A stretch of 64,000 bases of DNA, from assembly GCF_964355755.1 (NCBI RefSeq), contig NC_092676.1, positions 7,169,888-7,233,887 on the forward strand, in the 5' to 3' direction. Shown piece after piece: positions 26,001-39,933 of the stretch (its first letter is position 1; every line of letters begins with the position of its first letter). This stretch comes from Antedon mediterranea (Eukaryota; Animalia; Echinodermata). A model generated the notes under the pieces. The model was not told where the DNA came from, did no database searches, and saw nothing but the letters and a program-made list of their open reading frames with translations. Position numbers and translations under genes: made by a program.

Positions 26001-28520
26001 TATGGGCGAATCAAATTGCAGCTGTCATCTTGTTGGTTCCCTCTCCATGAAAAATCACTTTTTTAACTGCTATAACATTGAAGTCTGCCCTCTAGAGAAT
26101 CTATACTACCTCAATGATAGCAACCCATTTACCTTTAACTATTTATAAAATTGAGTGAAATAATTGTTTCAGCATTAATTTATACTGTGTGGTTACTGTC
26201 TAGTCTCTTTGCCATTCAAATATTTCTAAAATTTTTGAAAAACAAACAAGTCCCTGGAATTTAAATTAAAGTTGAAGATGAATTGTCCCCCAAAAACCTG
26301 AAAAATAAAGATGAATAAAATCAGACTTTGAATAGGCCATTTTGCAGTTTTAATAAAGTTATTCACTTCTGTAGAAAAAAAAATGTAAACAAATAAGTTT
26401 TTACACATCAATACTGTACCTTCTTGCTGAACCCTTTTGTTGCTATAGCAGACCTATCACGCATGCATAAAAAGCACATTTCAAATGCCTAATATTATTT
26501 AGATAAAAATATTAAGTGCTAGCCTATAAATAAATTAATGAATATTATAAATTTATTATTTGTTAATTTTGTTTGCTAATCATTATTTATCCACAAATGA
26601 CAATATTTGTCCAGTATCATATATTTTGTAATACAGCATCACATGTGTATCACACGCGGTGCCTGTATCATAGCAGGTTAGGTTACGCAGGGTTCCAAGG
26701 GTGTGATACAGTTATCACATGTGAAACACATGAGCTGCTGTATCATAGAATTGCCTATGATACTGGACAACTTCAGATACAGTAGTAAGAGTTGGCTGGT
26801 AGAATAGACATACCAGTGTATCCATATAACTGAAAGATGATATTTTAATTTATAATTTATCAATATTACACATTTGATTTGATTTTTATATTAGTACATA
26901 GTTTGCTTATTTGTATCCATTTTAACCTAATTCGTTGCTTTTTCCTGTTTTTGTTGCATGCCAAAAAAAGGATCCATCGCAGGCTGGTCACAAACCCATT
27001 ACTAACAATCAGTAAAGAAGAGATATCACCATGCATGGTGTTATTACCGTAAGTTTACCATCGTACCGAGCAAGCCCCTTTCCTCACAGACTATTTATCA
27101 GTACATGCATGGTGTGGTGATTAGCAGCTTACAGTAATTTTAAGTAGCCATCTAATCTGTAGGTCTCTTGGCTGTGTCAAGATACTTGTAAGTTTTTAGC
27201 AGTAATTTGCCTCGTAAAGGCAGATTCAGTCAGCCTATTTTTTAGCTATACTACTTCTGTCGTAAATTGTGCGCAATTATTCAACTAGAAATTCAAACAA
27301 ACCTCTTTGATTGGTAAATAAACATGTTGCGTGCTCTCTGTCGCATCTGGTGGGAAACAGCCTTTCGAGGCTACAGTATGTATAGTTTGGTATAATTAAT
27401 GCATAGAATATATTTTAAGCACTGCACACACATCTATAAGAGCTGAGTGCATTCTAGAGCAATTTCAGGTACGTAAACATGCAGAAAGTACATCCTGTGT
27501 TCAGACTTATTCCAACGTTTCCAGCAATCCCACAAACCATCAATCTTATGTAATGGTTCAAATTTTTTAGAAGCCTCCTTTGTGTACTTGGTGTGTTGGT
27601 AAGAAATTACAAAGTTATTTGTAAAGTTTATGATTTTTATTAAATTACATTAGGTGTTAAAGCCGTATCTATATTTGTGTTATACTGGATACTAAGATTA
27701 GTAATTTAGCTAACAATCATATTTATTGAGGAAAGGGGAATTGTTTAGTTTATTTATTTTGTTTAAAAATTTAAATTGGTGCCATGATTTTTTGTTAAAC
27801 TGTATCAAATTTGGTGATCTTTCCTTTATCTGTTTCCTTTTCTGTTTGTTTCCTTTCACCTATTGTTGCTTGGCAACCATTTCTGTTATACCATTTGTAC
27901 TCCCATCGTCAATCACCTGTTATATGCTTATTAATCAGTATTTACAATGCTAACTTCATAAATAATATCATCAATGCAGAGGTGTATTTTGCATATTAAA
28001 TTCGGTTCAAATAAAATGTAAAACAAATTACAAATTTGTCTGTTCACAACATGACAGAGCAATATATATTACTGTATGTATAAGTTTTTTTACTACTGTA
28101 AAACCCCTATTAATGGGACACCTTTGGTACCCAACAAAGAACCCATATTATTATACTTATATTATAATATAATAAGTTGCTAATATATTTGTGGAAAGTT
28201 ATTTTAAAAATATACTATTTTTTAATTAGCGTTTAGAATTATATATGCCACGACGCCAATGCATTGATATGGTTTAATTTTATTTCCTTATTTTCTGTAC
28301 TATTCACATGTTTTTCTCACTTGCAACTAACCTCATTTCCATCAGCTAATAATTATTACTATACTAACTACTTTGTTCAAATTTATCCAAAACCTTTTTA
28401 AAGATTCTTGTTTTTTTCTATAGAATTCTTAACTCGGTATATTCCAATTCTATGTACATAATGGGTTTTCAATTATTTTGTATTGAAATGTAAAGGAAAA
28501 TGGAGATCTACCTGTTTCAG

Positions 28521-28783
28521 GGGCTGTCATCCCCATGCCAACACTCACCACAACAATCAACATGGAAACGAACATAGAGACAGCCCAACTTGTCAGTAAA
28601 GACAACGGCACACCTAATTCAACACCCACAAAGTGTCAGTACCAAGAGACTAATATTGATAGCATGACACCGACTACGAAACGGAAATCAATGCCAGAGA
28701 TGCAGCCACTTCTGGATGAGGAGCCAGTATCACCAGATGGAACATCCACGTTGGAGAGACGGTTTATGCAGAGTGACTTATAG
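28521..28783 (+). CDS. ZDHHC14: Probable ZDHHC14 terminal exon (...AVIPMPTLTTT...RRFMQSDL*)
   Basis: TTTCAG acceptor; GC-richer S/T/P-rich open frame ending in S-D-L (class I PDZ-ligand-like). The frame link to exon 8 is not resolved. Confidence 0.6.
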
Positions 28784-28934
28784 GACCAGTTGTAGAAGCT
28801 GTGTTCAGATTAGCACTTTTAATTTACCATTATTATGGTCAGGAGACATATTGCCTGTTCAGATTTAAATAGATATTTACCTGGAAATTCCTGGCCAAAG
28901 TCAGCAATATTGATCCTAGAAGCCAACTTACTGA

Positions 28935-29120
28935 GTAAATAAGTAAAAACTAATTTACCTGGGTAAATAAGTAGAAACTATTTTACCCGGGTAAATAAGT
29001 AGAAACTAATTTACCCTGGTAAATAAGTAAAAACTAATTTACCTGGGTAAATAAGTAGAAACTATTTTACCCGGGTAAATAAGTAGAAACTCATTTACCT
29101 GGGTAAATAATTAGAAACTC
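28935..29120. repeat. 28-bp tandem repeat with a near-palindromic core TTTACC(T/C)GGGTAAA, about 6 copies
   Basis: Directly visible, in the presumed ZDHHC14 3' UTR. Confidence 0.9.
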
Positions 29121-29142
29121 TTCTTTAGAAAAAAACATCTTA

Positions 29143-29266
29143 AGCTCTGTCTACACTATCAAACTAGTTTGACAAAAAAATATGGTAGTGATATGATGTC
29201 ATCGTGTCCATATATGGGCACATCACATTTTTTTGTCACATAAAGTTTGATAGTGTAGACAGAGCT
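29143..29266. mobile_element. PIF/Harbinger-like MITE copy (best preserved)
   Basis: TTA|AGCTCTGTCTACACTATCAAACT...AGTTTGATAGTGTAGACAGAGCT|TTA. Confidence 0.88.
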
Positions 29267-31399
29267 TTACGTAATGGATAATAATGTGTTGCTATGTCTA
29301 TTGTTATGAAATGATGTCATCATGCCCATAAATGGTTATATTTATTGTCTGCATTACGACACAGTGGTAATCTCAACACAGCTGACATATATACTACTTT
29401 GTATAAGCTAAATCAAAATTAATCTTGGTATTCTAATAGCTTGTGGTTTGCCTAGTTACCATGTAAAGAAGATTTATCAGGGTTATGTAACAATTCTTTG
29501 TACGTTTTGTAAATGTGGAATAACCTGCGACTGGCAGCCTACTGGGCTGAATTGCGCACAGGTGTGGATGACACATACGACAACTTTCTACTCCTTAAAG
29601 GGTTCCTTTATGTCGGTGCTCGGTCGTCTGTCCACAACAATGTTTTATATTTATGTATTTGTCTGCAATTATTGACCATAAAACGTTTCTCTTCTTGCTA
29701 TAAATATTACTATCAATTATTTTACCATTTTGTCGACCAAATTTATTACAATTACACAATTTATATTTTTCACGTACATTCTGTTATACTAAGATATATT
29801 ATTATGATAGTTACAACAGTAGTACAATACCCTCACCATACAAAGTTTAGGACAGTGAAATTAAACTGTAACAAATGAAATACACATCATTGTAATATGA
29901 TTCAATATTATACAAATAATGTATGACTATGGATTCGATGGTACAAATAATTTCATTATGTGAAAGATGAAATTCTATTTTCACAAGCCGAGCTCAAGAA
30001 TTGCTTTTTTTTTGCATGAAATTATTTTTACCATCACACAAATATAATACCATTCAATATTTGTTTTATATAACATTTAAGTAATTCTTGTCATTGTTCT
30101 TGGAGATTGTGTTGTGCGCATCGCTGCTTCCATTTGCAGAAGAACTGAGGCTGATATTCAATTTCACACAGATTTTTTTTCCATACTTGAGAAGATTTTT
30201 TTTCATAACATTTTCTTACAAAGAAAAAATAGATAAAGTACTATTACATGATCGTTTAATAAGAAAGTACGTACTATTGCACACCAATGACCCACAATCG
30301 TCCAATCAAATGACTGGAATTTATTTAGGTGTTATATAATTTAAAATAATAAATAAATATAATTATTAAATAGAGTATGTATATTAAAGTTGATTATGTT
30401 CAGTTTTTAGAATGATTCGGTTTTAAACCATCTTGACTGCTTCCACCTTACATGTAAACTTTTATTGTAAAAAAAAAAGATAAAATGTATTTTCCTTTTT
30501 TAAACTATGCTGCTTTTGATAAAGAAAACATTAATATAATACATATAAAATTACGCAAAAAATAAACAAATTTTATGATATTTAGAAAAGAATATCAATT
30601 ATTATTATTATTGACCAATTGAATAGATTGTATCTATAAAGGGTTATGTATTCTAGGCTGTATATATTACTTACTAAATATTTGATCGGACATACTTTTA
30701 AAATAATGTTGGCCCTGATTTAAGCCACCTGTATGCAGATTTTTATTTTATGACCAAATAAGTTAATTGTAAATCTAAGAGCAGTAAGTCCAGCTCGCCA
30801 TTGAACTTTTTTCGATTGGCAATCTGGACCATGCATACTGTACTCATGATGCACCTATATTCTATTTTAAATTCCTAACTGGTCACATGGACAGACACTT
30901 GACCAATTGGACAAGCGAATGTCCTCGCATTTCATATTCACGATAACTTGTCGAAACTATCAAACTTGATGTGTAATAAAATGTGATGTGCCCATATATG
31001 GATATGATGAATGATGTCATATCATTACCATTTTAGGCATAGCTCTACCATATATGGGCTCATCATAACTTTTGTATGTGCATCCATTTATCAGTTCACT
31101 AAATGTAAACAAACGTTTATATTACTTAATGTACTTTATATGTACATTGTGTATACTGATAGTGCCCTATTATATTAATGCTAACCTATATTCTAGCTAA
31201 TTCAACTGTCATAATTTCTGATGACAACTTATATACAGTAGAAGATTAGAAGATACAGTAAAAGATTTGATATTTTGATATAAATGAAATCTTTTACAAT
31301 GTGTGACACAGTGTGTGAGAGATGGCATTAATTGAAATTACCATTTCATTTCTTAAAATATCCTTACCTTATACTGTAGTGTCTAATAGCCAATCCTTA

Positions 31400-31532
31400 A
31401 GCTCTGTACACTATCAAACTTGATGTGAAAACAAACTGTGATGTGCCCAAATACAGGTAGTGATATGACATCATCATGTCCATATATGGGCACATTTTTT
31501 TTCTCATAAAGTTTGATAGTGTAGACAGATCT
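31400..31532. mobile_element. PIF/Harbinger-like MITE copy
   Basis: Same family, TTA TSD; further partial copies lie near 14350, 24060 and 30955. Confidence 0.8.
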
Positions 31533-32311
31533 TTATATATAACGTGAATTTCAAGAGGTTTATGATATTAATTATAGTTAGCTGATATTATCGGTCTGCA
31601 GCGGGACTGTATTTGGACTGTTTCTCTTTTATACTGTATTTACAGTTTCCAAAATCATGTTGAGTTCTTAACTGATATATTCATGTATAAAAGAGATCTT
31701 TTTGTATAATGTATTTATCTGATTTTATTTTTCGAAAATTATGCTGTATATAAAAATGTATTAGGGATAATTCTATGTTGTATTTTGGATGTACTGTATA
31801 ATTATAGATGGTTTGATAAGAGAGGAAATTAGGACATTATTTCTGACACAATTTAGATTATTTAAATATGAAAATAATATTATTTGTATTTTTTGCTAAG
31901 ATAAGGGCCTGTTTTTACTGGGATTGGCATTTATCAATCGTTTTGCTTAAGTCAAAATAGCTTTACTTATCCAACTAATTTTTTACAAAAACTGTTTATC
32001 TTATGGAATGTGAAGAAAACGTAAACATATTTACTTAGATCTTCTTAACTTTGATTTAAGCCAATGATTTTGGTTTTCAAAATATCTAAACATTTTCATT
32101 CCATAGCAACTGTTAAATTAAGTTAATAAATAAAGCTTCAATTCTTAACTTTTATGACTTAAAAAAAAATATTGATAAATACCTACCCTGTTGCCCACTG
32201 TAGTAGGCCTACCATGAATACCCCAATGGTCTAGTAGTTCAGCGTCTGCATATCATGAAGAAGACCAGAGTTCGGTTCAGGTTGGGTGCCTTTTACACTA
32301 GGCACATTTTA

Positions 32312-32441
32312 TCACCATACAGTTTGGCATCATAAAAAAAGTGTCACCTAAGTGTCACCATACAGTTTGGCATCATAAAAAAAGTGTCACCTAAGTATCA
32401 CCATACAGTTTGGCATCATAAAAAAAGTGTCACCTAAGTAT
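32312..32441. repeat. ~43-bp tandem repeat x3 following a decayed tRNA-like SINE head
   Basis: TCACCATACAGTTTGGCATCATAAAAAAAGTGTCACCTAAGT repeats; A/B-box-like sequence at 32227-32290. Confidence 0.75.
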
Positions 32442-35400
32442 TGTGTTTTTCTCTTAGTGCCTTACACCGGTTTTTTTTTTTTCAGTTAATAAATCAAAAA
32501 TCTAGATCTAGTTAAATATCATGGATAAAGTGTTACCGTGTGATTCACTTTGCTTTATATGGTGTACAGCACATAAATATCACAACGGTTTCATGGTAAC
32601 TATTTTTATGTATTTAGTTCTGTCTAAGAATAAAGGACGTTGGTTTTGCATAATTTTTTTTCATGGTATTTGTTTAGAAATGAACTGAAATGTCATCTTC
32701 ATCACTGTGGCCCAATTTTAAAGTCCATGTACTAAGACAATACTGCATACGTGATATTTAGCAGTATTTGCACATTTTAAATGCCAATATATTATTATTT
32801 TTTCTAAATCCGGTACTATTATATAATAAATATAAAGTATTAGTTTAAACAGATTAGACAGATAAATGGAAAAAAATGTTCAAATTCAATTATATGTAAC
32901 TAGATGGTTCTCGAATACATAATAATTTCAACGTTAAAAAACTGGCGATTTCAAATGTACAATAATACATGTCGTTTACAGGAACGAATAAATAGACACT
33001 GTGATTTATGTACTGAACTAAAATTAGCACCCTGGGAATTACTTCCGAAAGAGAAACTTGTCACAAAATGAGACCAATTGTTTAAGTCAAATTTAAACAA
33101 ACTTAATTTGTGTTTGGTATGTAACATTAGGGTTGAGGGATGGGAAAGAGGATGGGTGCAAAGAGGAACAATTTTTAAATATATTCTTTATCCATGTAGT
33201 AACGAAATATTAATTGTTTTCATGTTTTACAAATAATATACCACTAAACACAGTAAAACATTGCGATGTAATACTTTGTTGAAACTATAACCGTCCTAGT
33301 CGATTGAAATAGTATAGTACATGTAACGATACATCACTACGACGTGTATAATATGTTTATATAATGTAAAACAATTTGTGAAAACCACCCCTATTCGTGG
33401 CAAATCATAAATTCGATTTAATCGTCAATAAATATTAAATCATCTAAAACTATATATTTTATAATAGAGGAGACATATTAAAGTAATAAAGTACATTTAT
33501 GTATTATTGCATTAAAACATTTTTGACATTTTCAGATTAATTCTATACCCAACAAAGTGATTATAAGTGTGTTTGTTTGATAGGACTTAGCCAACATGTT
33601 AAAAGAGATACTGTATTACCCTTGTTCAACAATTCAGTGTCAGGGAAAGTGTCCTGTCATTTGATTACAGTAGTGGTGTACGCAAGCAGGTTCTGCTGTA
33701 TTGCAGTTTATTTGTCAGAAATGTTATACTTGCTATTGGGTGATTTTATTCATTTTTATACTTTCGTCTTGCTAGTTTAACAAACCATGTATAGACATAG
33801 GGGTCAGCATAACGTGTTACTTGTTTGACGCCTTTGTATTCAGCAACCATTATTATATCCTAATATCCAGGTCTTTTAAAATCCTGTTATTGTTGTTTGT
33901 TTGCTTATATTTCATTGGTTGAACCTATTATAGTGATTATTACCATCCCATAACGGGTATTTGTATTTAGTATCAGGGGTTAAGAATCATTTGAGATCTG
34001 AGAACCGTTGATGTCAACTACGGATTATTTTGTGCATACGCTACGCAACCACCAACACAGAGAAGAGTGAGACTCATCTCCTCACTCTTCCCTGGTAGCA
34101 AGCTAACGTTACAGAGAAACTATACTTCGTGTTATTCTACATCATCGGAAAGAGGTTGGTGGTCCAAGATTCTGCTAAACTGTTTTTAAAAAGTTGTCTG
34201 AGTGGCTCCTAATATCCTGAAATTGAGTTCTTTTTCTACTATACTCATTTTTGTTATCGTATACTCGCGCACAGTGATACACATTGATTTTAATCGTATC
34301 CTATTAATTATCACTGTTTGTTAGTACAACCAAAATGGATAGCGCACAGTCGTAAACGTCTAACTGATTTCAATCGTATCCATTCATTATCACTGCTCGA
34401 GTACAACCAAAATGGGTATAGTAGCGCACAGTGGAAAACTAAGCGATATTTTACCTTACATTAAGCTCTACCAATGTACAAAATATAAGCCAATTCAAAA
34501 TGTTGACCCTTGCCACTAAATCACGAATATGTCTGATTTTTGTGACAAGCTAGCTGTAAATGGAAATATTTATTTAGGCGATACTAGCATAATCAAAAAG
34601 CATAAAATAATTGTATTTAAAAAGGCATACCGATTTAATACTGAGCCAAGCCCACGCCATATCTGTGATTGATCAGTAAAATAGAACTAATGCCCTGCAA
34701 AAATGGGCTTCAACTATAAAAGGAGGCACACAGACACAAAATACACTTATATCGCCTTTTATAGTAGTTAAACAAGGTTTCAATTTTCCTTTAAAACGAC
34801 ATTTTCTTCGGGAATAGGATCTTAACAAAACATTTAGGATCTTCTTCTTTAGATTTTCGTTTTTTAGTTTTATTATTGAGAAATAAACTAAAAACCTGCT
34901 CATTTTCATTCTTACTTATAGTTCATCAAGGTTAGAGTTAGTTATCAATCATAGTTTGTGGAGGGATTAAGGATCATAGTGGGTACACCTTGATATGGTG
35001 TATTTAGCGTTGGTTTGATGAGAGTAGCATCATCTTGTATTAGTCTTAGATCTTACTGTAAAAGGGATGATAGACGTGGCACCACCTAATTTCTGTTAAA
35101 ATATTGTTTTCTTTCCGCCTCCATTTTATCATTCAACATTTTTTTGTATATAATCATGAAATAGAATCCCACTCTTTAGTTACGATAGAGTTTGTTAACC
35201 CTGAAATATTCTGGTATGTGTATATGAAAGGAAACGATAGGCCCTACCAAATCTGTTGTTAACGTCCTTTTGATCCAAATATTTCGTGTGTTATTGTTGT
35301 TGTGGACGTTCTTTGTATTATAAGGTACACGCAGGGGTTAAATTTGTTGCATCGGAGGCCCTATGTGTTTGACGATATTGAGGTAATAAAGTACATTTAT

Positions 35401-35514
35401 GTATTATTACATTAGAACATTGTGGACAATTTCAGATTAATTCTATACCCAACAAAGTAATTAAAGGGTATTTGTTTATAGGACTTAGCCAACATGTTAA
35501 ATGAGATACTGTTT

Positions 35515-36350
35515 TATTAATAATAATAATAATATTTATTCGGCAAAAGTTCTTTAAAGTAAGTTTTACATTTCATCTTGCCAGGAGCAAGTAATAGACA
35601 TGAGCCCAAATAGAAAACTGCTCTTACTCCATCATTATTACAAAATACAAAAATAAACAAAACTAAGTAGTACAAATTAATTAAAAACAAACAAAACAAA
35701 GTTATAATGGGATACACCAATTAAGAATAAGCTACATTGAATAAACAATATAAACAAATACAATTTAATATTTTGAGATCAAATGTTTGGTGAGTTGGGC
35801 TTTTAAGTCTGAAATTGTAGCACATTGTTTAATTTCATTGGGAAGTTGCTCCCATAATCTAGGAAAAATAACAAACGATGAATTTAAAAATGTATTTGTC
35901 TTAGCCTTCCAATGTATTAAACGCCCTTCACACCTCTCACTTGATCTGACAAAATCATTAAAGGATGAGGGACAGAGGCCATGCATTATTTTAAAACCTA
36001 ATGTGACTTTAAATACTTTACTTTACTTCACTTTAAATATATCTTCAATAATAATAATATTTAGGGCTTTTATAACCTATATAAATATGAAGTGTACCAA
36101 TTTCCTTCGTTTCTGTACATAATTATTCTAGTAGTTTCTCTGAACCCTTTCAAGTCTATACATATGATATATTTTAGTAGGTGCCCAAATACAACAACAG
36201 TAAGTCATAACAGGTAATATTAGTGCTTTGTAAAGATTTAGCATCGCCATCCAAGACTTTACTACATCTTGAAACAAAACCAGGAAGTTTAAATGCCTTA
36301 CTACAAACATCAAAATCTAGATGAGAGTGGAATGTAAATTTACTTTTTTT
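35515..36350 (-). mobile_element. 5'-truncated CR1/L2-like LINE fragment
   Basis: LYKALILPVMTYCCCIWAP...LERVQR and FPRLWEQLPNEIK post-RT motifs; (ATT)n tail; absent from duplicate copy A. Confidence 0.8.
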
Positions 36351-37469
36351 ATTCAGTGTCGGGAAAAGTGTCCTGTCATCTGATTAGAGGTGTACGAACG
36401 GAGGTTCTACTGTATTTCAGTTTATTCGTCAACAATGCTATACTTGCTATTTGGTGATTTTATTCATTATTATACTTCCATCTTGGTAGGTCAACAAACC
36501 ATTTATGGACATAGGGTCAGCATAACGTGTTACCTGTTTGGCGCCTTTGTATTCATCAACCATTATTATATCCTAATATCCAGGTCTTTTAAAATCTTGT
36601 TATTGTTGTTTGTTTGCTTATATTTCATTGGTTGAATCTAATATTGTGATTATTACAATGCTATAACGGGTATTTGTAGCTAGTATTAGGGGTTCAGAAT
36701 CATTTGAGATCTGAGAACCGTTGATGTCAACTACGGATTATTTTGTGCATACGCTACGCAACAACCAAAACATGGAAGAGTGAGACTCATCTCCTCACTC
36801 TTCCCTGGTAGCAAGCTAACGTTACAGAGAAACTATCGGAAAGAGGTTTGTGGCCTAAGATTCTGCTAAACTGTTTTTGAAAAGTTGTCTGAGTGGCTCC
36901 TAATATCCTGAAATTGAGTTCTTTTTCTACTATACCCATTTTTGTTATACTCGTATACTTGCGCACAGTGATAAACATTGATTTTAATCGTATCCTATTC
37001 ATTATCACTGTGCGCGAGTACAGCCAAAATGGGTATAGTAGCGCACAGTTGAAAACTAAGCGATATTTTACCTTGCATTAAGCTCTACCAATGTACAAAA
37101 TATAAGCAAATTCAAAATTTTGACCCTTGCCACTAAATTACGAATATGTCTGATTTTTGTGACAAGCTAGCTGTAAATAGAAATATTTATTTAGGTGATA
37201 CTAGCATAATCAAAAAGCATAAAATAATTGTATTTAAAAAGGCATACCGATTGAATACTGAACCAAGCCCACGCCATATCTGTGATTGATCAGTGAAATA
37301 GAAATAATACCCTGACAAAAATAGGCCCACAGACACAAAATACACTGATATTGCCTTTTATTGTAGTTAAACAAGGTCTATTTTTCTTTAACACGACATT
37401 TTCTTTGGGCATAGGATCTTAACAAAACATTTGGGATCTTCGTCTTTAGATTTTCGTTTTTTAGTTTAG

Positions 37470-37957
37470 TTTTAGCTGTGTTACTTGGGTAAATGGAGTC
37501 TAACAAAGAAAAATTTGAGTAAGTTAAACAGAATGTTAGGAATGCAAGCAAAATTACTGGTGTCGAAATTAAATGTATCACACAAAATGTGTAATGATGG
37601 AATGATATCTAAATTAAATAGTATTTTAGCTGATGAATCTCATATTCTCAACAATAATTTAGTAGTTACCAGATCTGGAAGATTAACAACAATTTCAGTA
37701 AAAACAAATAGACATAAATTTTCATTCTTACCTAGCGCTATTAGACTATACAACAGTGAGTTTCAAAGATAGGTCATTAGGTCTGTTGTATTTTTTATTG
37801 CTGATCATTTGTTGTTGTTGTTAGTTCCAAGTTGATCATGAATGTAAATATTATGTGTGTATTGTTTTGCTTGTGTTTTTCTGCCAAGAAAACAATTATC
37901 ATTATACTATGTATGAATGACTTAATAAATCGAATCTGAATCTGAATCTGAATCTGA
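37470..37957 (+). mobile_element. 5'-truncated Rex1/CR1-group LINE fragment
   Basis: RSGR...KTNRHKFSFLPSAIRLYN C-terminal motif; AATAAA + (GAATCT)n tail; absent from copy A. Confidence 0.8.
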
Positions 37958-39398
37958 AATAAACTAAAAAAACCTGCTCATTCACTCTTACTTATAGTTT
38001 GTCAAGGTTTGAGTTAGTTATCAATCATAGTTTGGGGAGGGATTAAGGATCATAATGGATACAAAGTAACACCTTGATATTGGTGTATTATTTTAGCTTT
38101 GATTTGGTGAGAGTAGCATCATCTTGCTCTTACTGTAAAAGGGATGATAGACGTGGCACCACCTATTTTCTTTAAAAAATATTGTTTGTCTTCTGCCTTC
38201 ATTTTATCATTCAACATTTTTGTATATAATCATGCAATATAATAGCACTCTTCAGTGACTACATAGTTTGTTAACCCTGCAATATTCTGGTATGTGACGT
38301 GTCTATGAAAGGAAACAACGATAGGCTCTACCAAATCTGTTGTTAACGTTTCTTTTGATCAAAAGTATTCGTGTGTTATTTTTGGATGATCTGTTAAATT
38401 ACAATACACACTAGTATAGGGTTAAATTGTTGTATTTGAGTTGTTAACCATATTAGGCTTACATCGTATCTGTTTGACGATATTTAGTTTAATAAAGTAC
38501 ATTGTATATTACATTAGAAAATCATAGAGGCCGTAGGCCTAATATCTGTGCTTACACCACACAATCACCATGGAATAGTAGGAAATAGAAAAAAACCTGT
38601 CTTTGGTAAAAGAGCAATGATAAATAATACTAAAATCAAAGTACATTACCCTTTAATTTGGTTCTGTGTTAATGCTCTGATTAGCAGCAACACTAAATTG
38701 TTTCAATATGTTGAATAACTGTTTATTAGTATAACTGCACTGCATTTGTCTGGTATTGTATTTGTTCCTCTGGTGTTTCATTCCTGCTATTGTTGTTGTT
38801 GATATTGCAAAGTTAGCAAGCAATTGCATGAGTAACACAAATATTTACATGCCTATTTTTAGGTACCTCGCATGAGAAGTTCGATATGTATGAATTGGGA
38901 TGTATTTTTTATACTGTTCAGAGATTATTCCATCGCCTTATTTTTGTTAACATGTTATTTTCATACTACACGGTTAGTTAACTAACGGGTATTCTATCTT
39001 GTAGGAATCAAAATGTATCCTATACAAGCACTGAAATAACAGCATGCTTCATTTCAAGTCGAACAATTGAACAATCTAAATTATTACGGAAGCGCGCCGG
39101 CCATGAATAGGACCGTTCATTTTTACAATTGCGCGACAGCTCAATGTTTACATATTGCGAAAACTTTATTACAAAGTGTGAAACAAGTATTACAAAATGA
39201 GACAATTACTTCTGACGTTATAATTAATCTCACCCGTTAGAAACGAAATTATCAAATAAATCAACAATTAAGGCCCTGCATAAAATCAGCATAACAAACG
39301 TACAATGTGATATGTAATTTCAATTCAAGACATTATGATGATGTTGCTCATGTAAATTATGATTTTTTTGCAGGCAATAAATTACACACTTTGAAAAA

Positions 39399-39933
39399 AT
39401 GTCAGAAATCGAAGACAAATTTAACAACTTGAAAACTGAACTCAGTAAGCAATATGAAGGTGAACACTACAAGTTGCTGAAATTTTGCTTACTTGATTAC
39501 TTGGATCTAGCAGACCTTACTAATGAGGAGTACATAGGTCATAATTTATTCAATAAACTCGATAGCACTGGTGGTCCTGGTTTGATCACACCTCACGATG
39601 TCACATTGTTGTTGGAGATTACAAAACTAACAGGTCCGAAGGATGCCGAACGTCTTGTAACCCAGTATATGAACGACAACAATATTCAACATGTTGGAAA
39701 GAATAAGTTGTCATCATACAGGAGACGACTGTTTAGGGCTGTCAGACAAGCTGAATCTCCTGCTGCATTAAAGAGAGTTACTGCCTTCTATCGACTAGAA
39801 GTGTTCGAGTATACCAGTGTTTGGGATGTAGTATTGAAATTAGAAAACGACACAATTTTACCAGACAAGGTAAATGAGTTTGGAAGTCTTCTTGGAAAAC
39901 GTGCACAGGACGAACTAGGTCTACTGAGTGCTG
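39399..39933 (+). CDS. NLR exon: N-terminal tandem death-effector-domain-like region
   Basis: Pattern F..LK.ELS......LLKF.L...LF..L.....I.P.D..LL.EI followed by LSSYRRRLF resembles caspase-8/cFLIP DED1-DED2. TGCAG acceptor at 39373 upstream of the ATG; G|GTATGT donor, phase 1. Confidence 0.8.

Larger units (their letters stand above)
33480..38520. repeat. Tandem duplication of a ~1.9-kb non-coding unit (copy A ~33480-35385, copy B ~35385-38520 with two LINE insertions)
   Basis: Long colinear matches, e.g. GAATCATTTGAGATCTGAGAACCGTTGATGTCAACTACGG at about 33984 and 36697. Confidence 0.9.
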
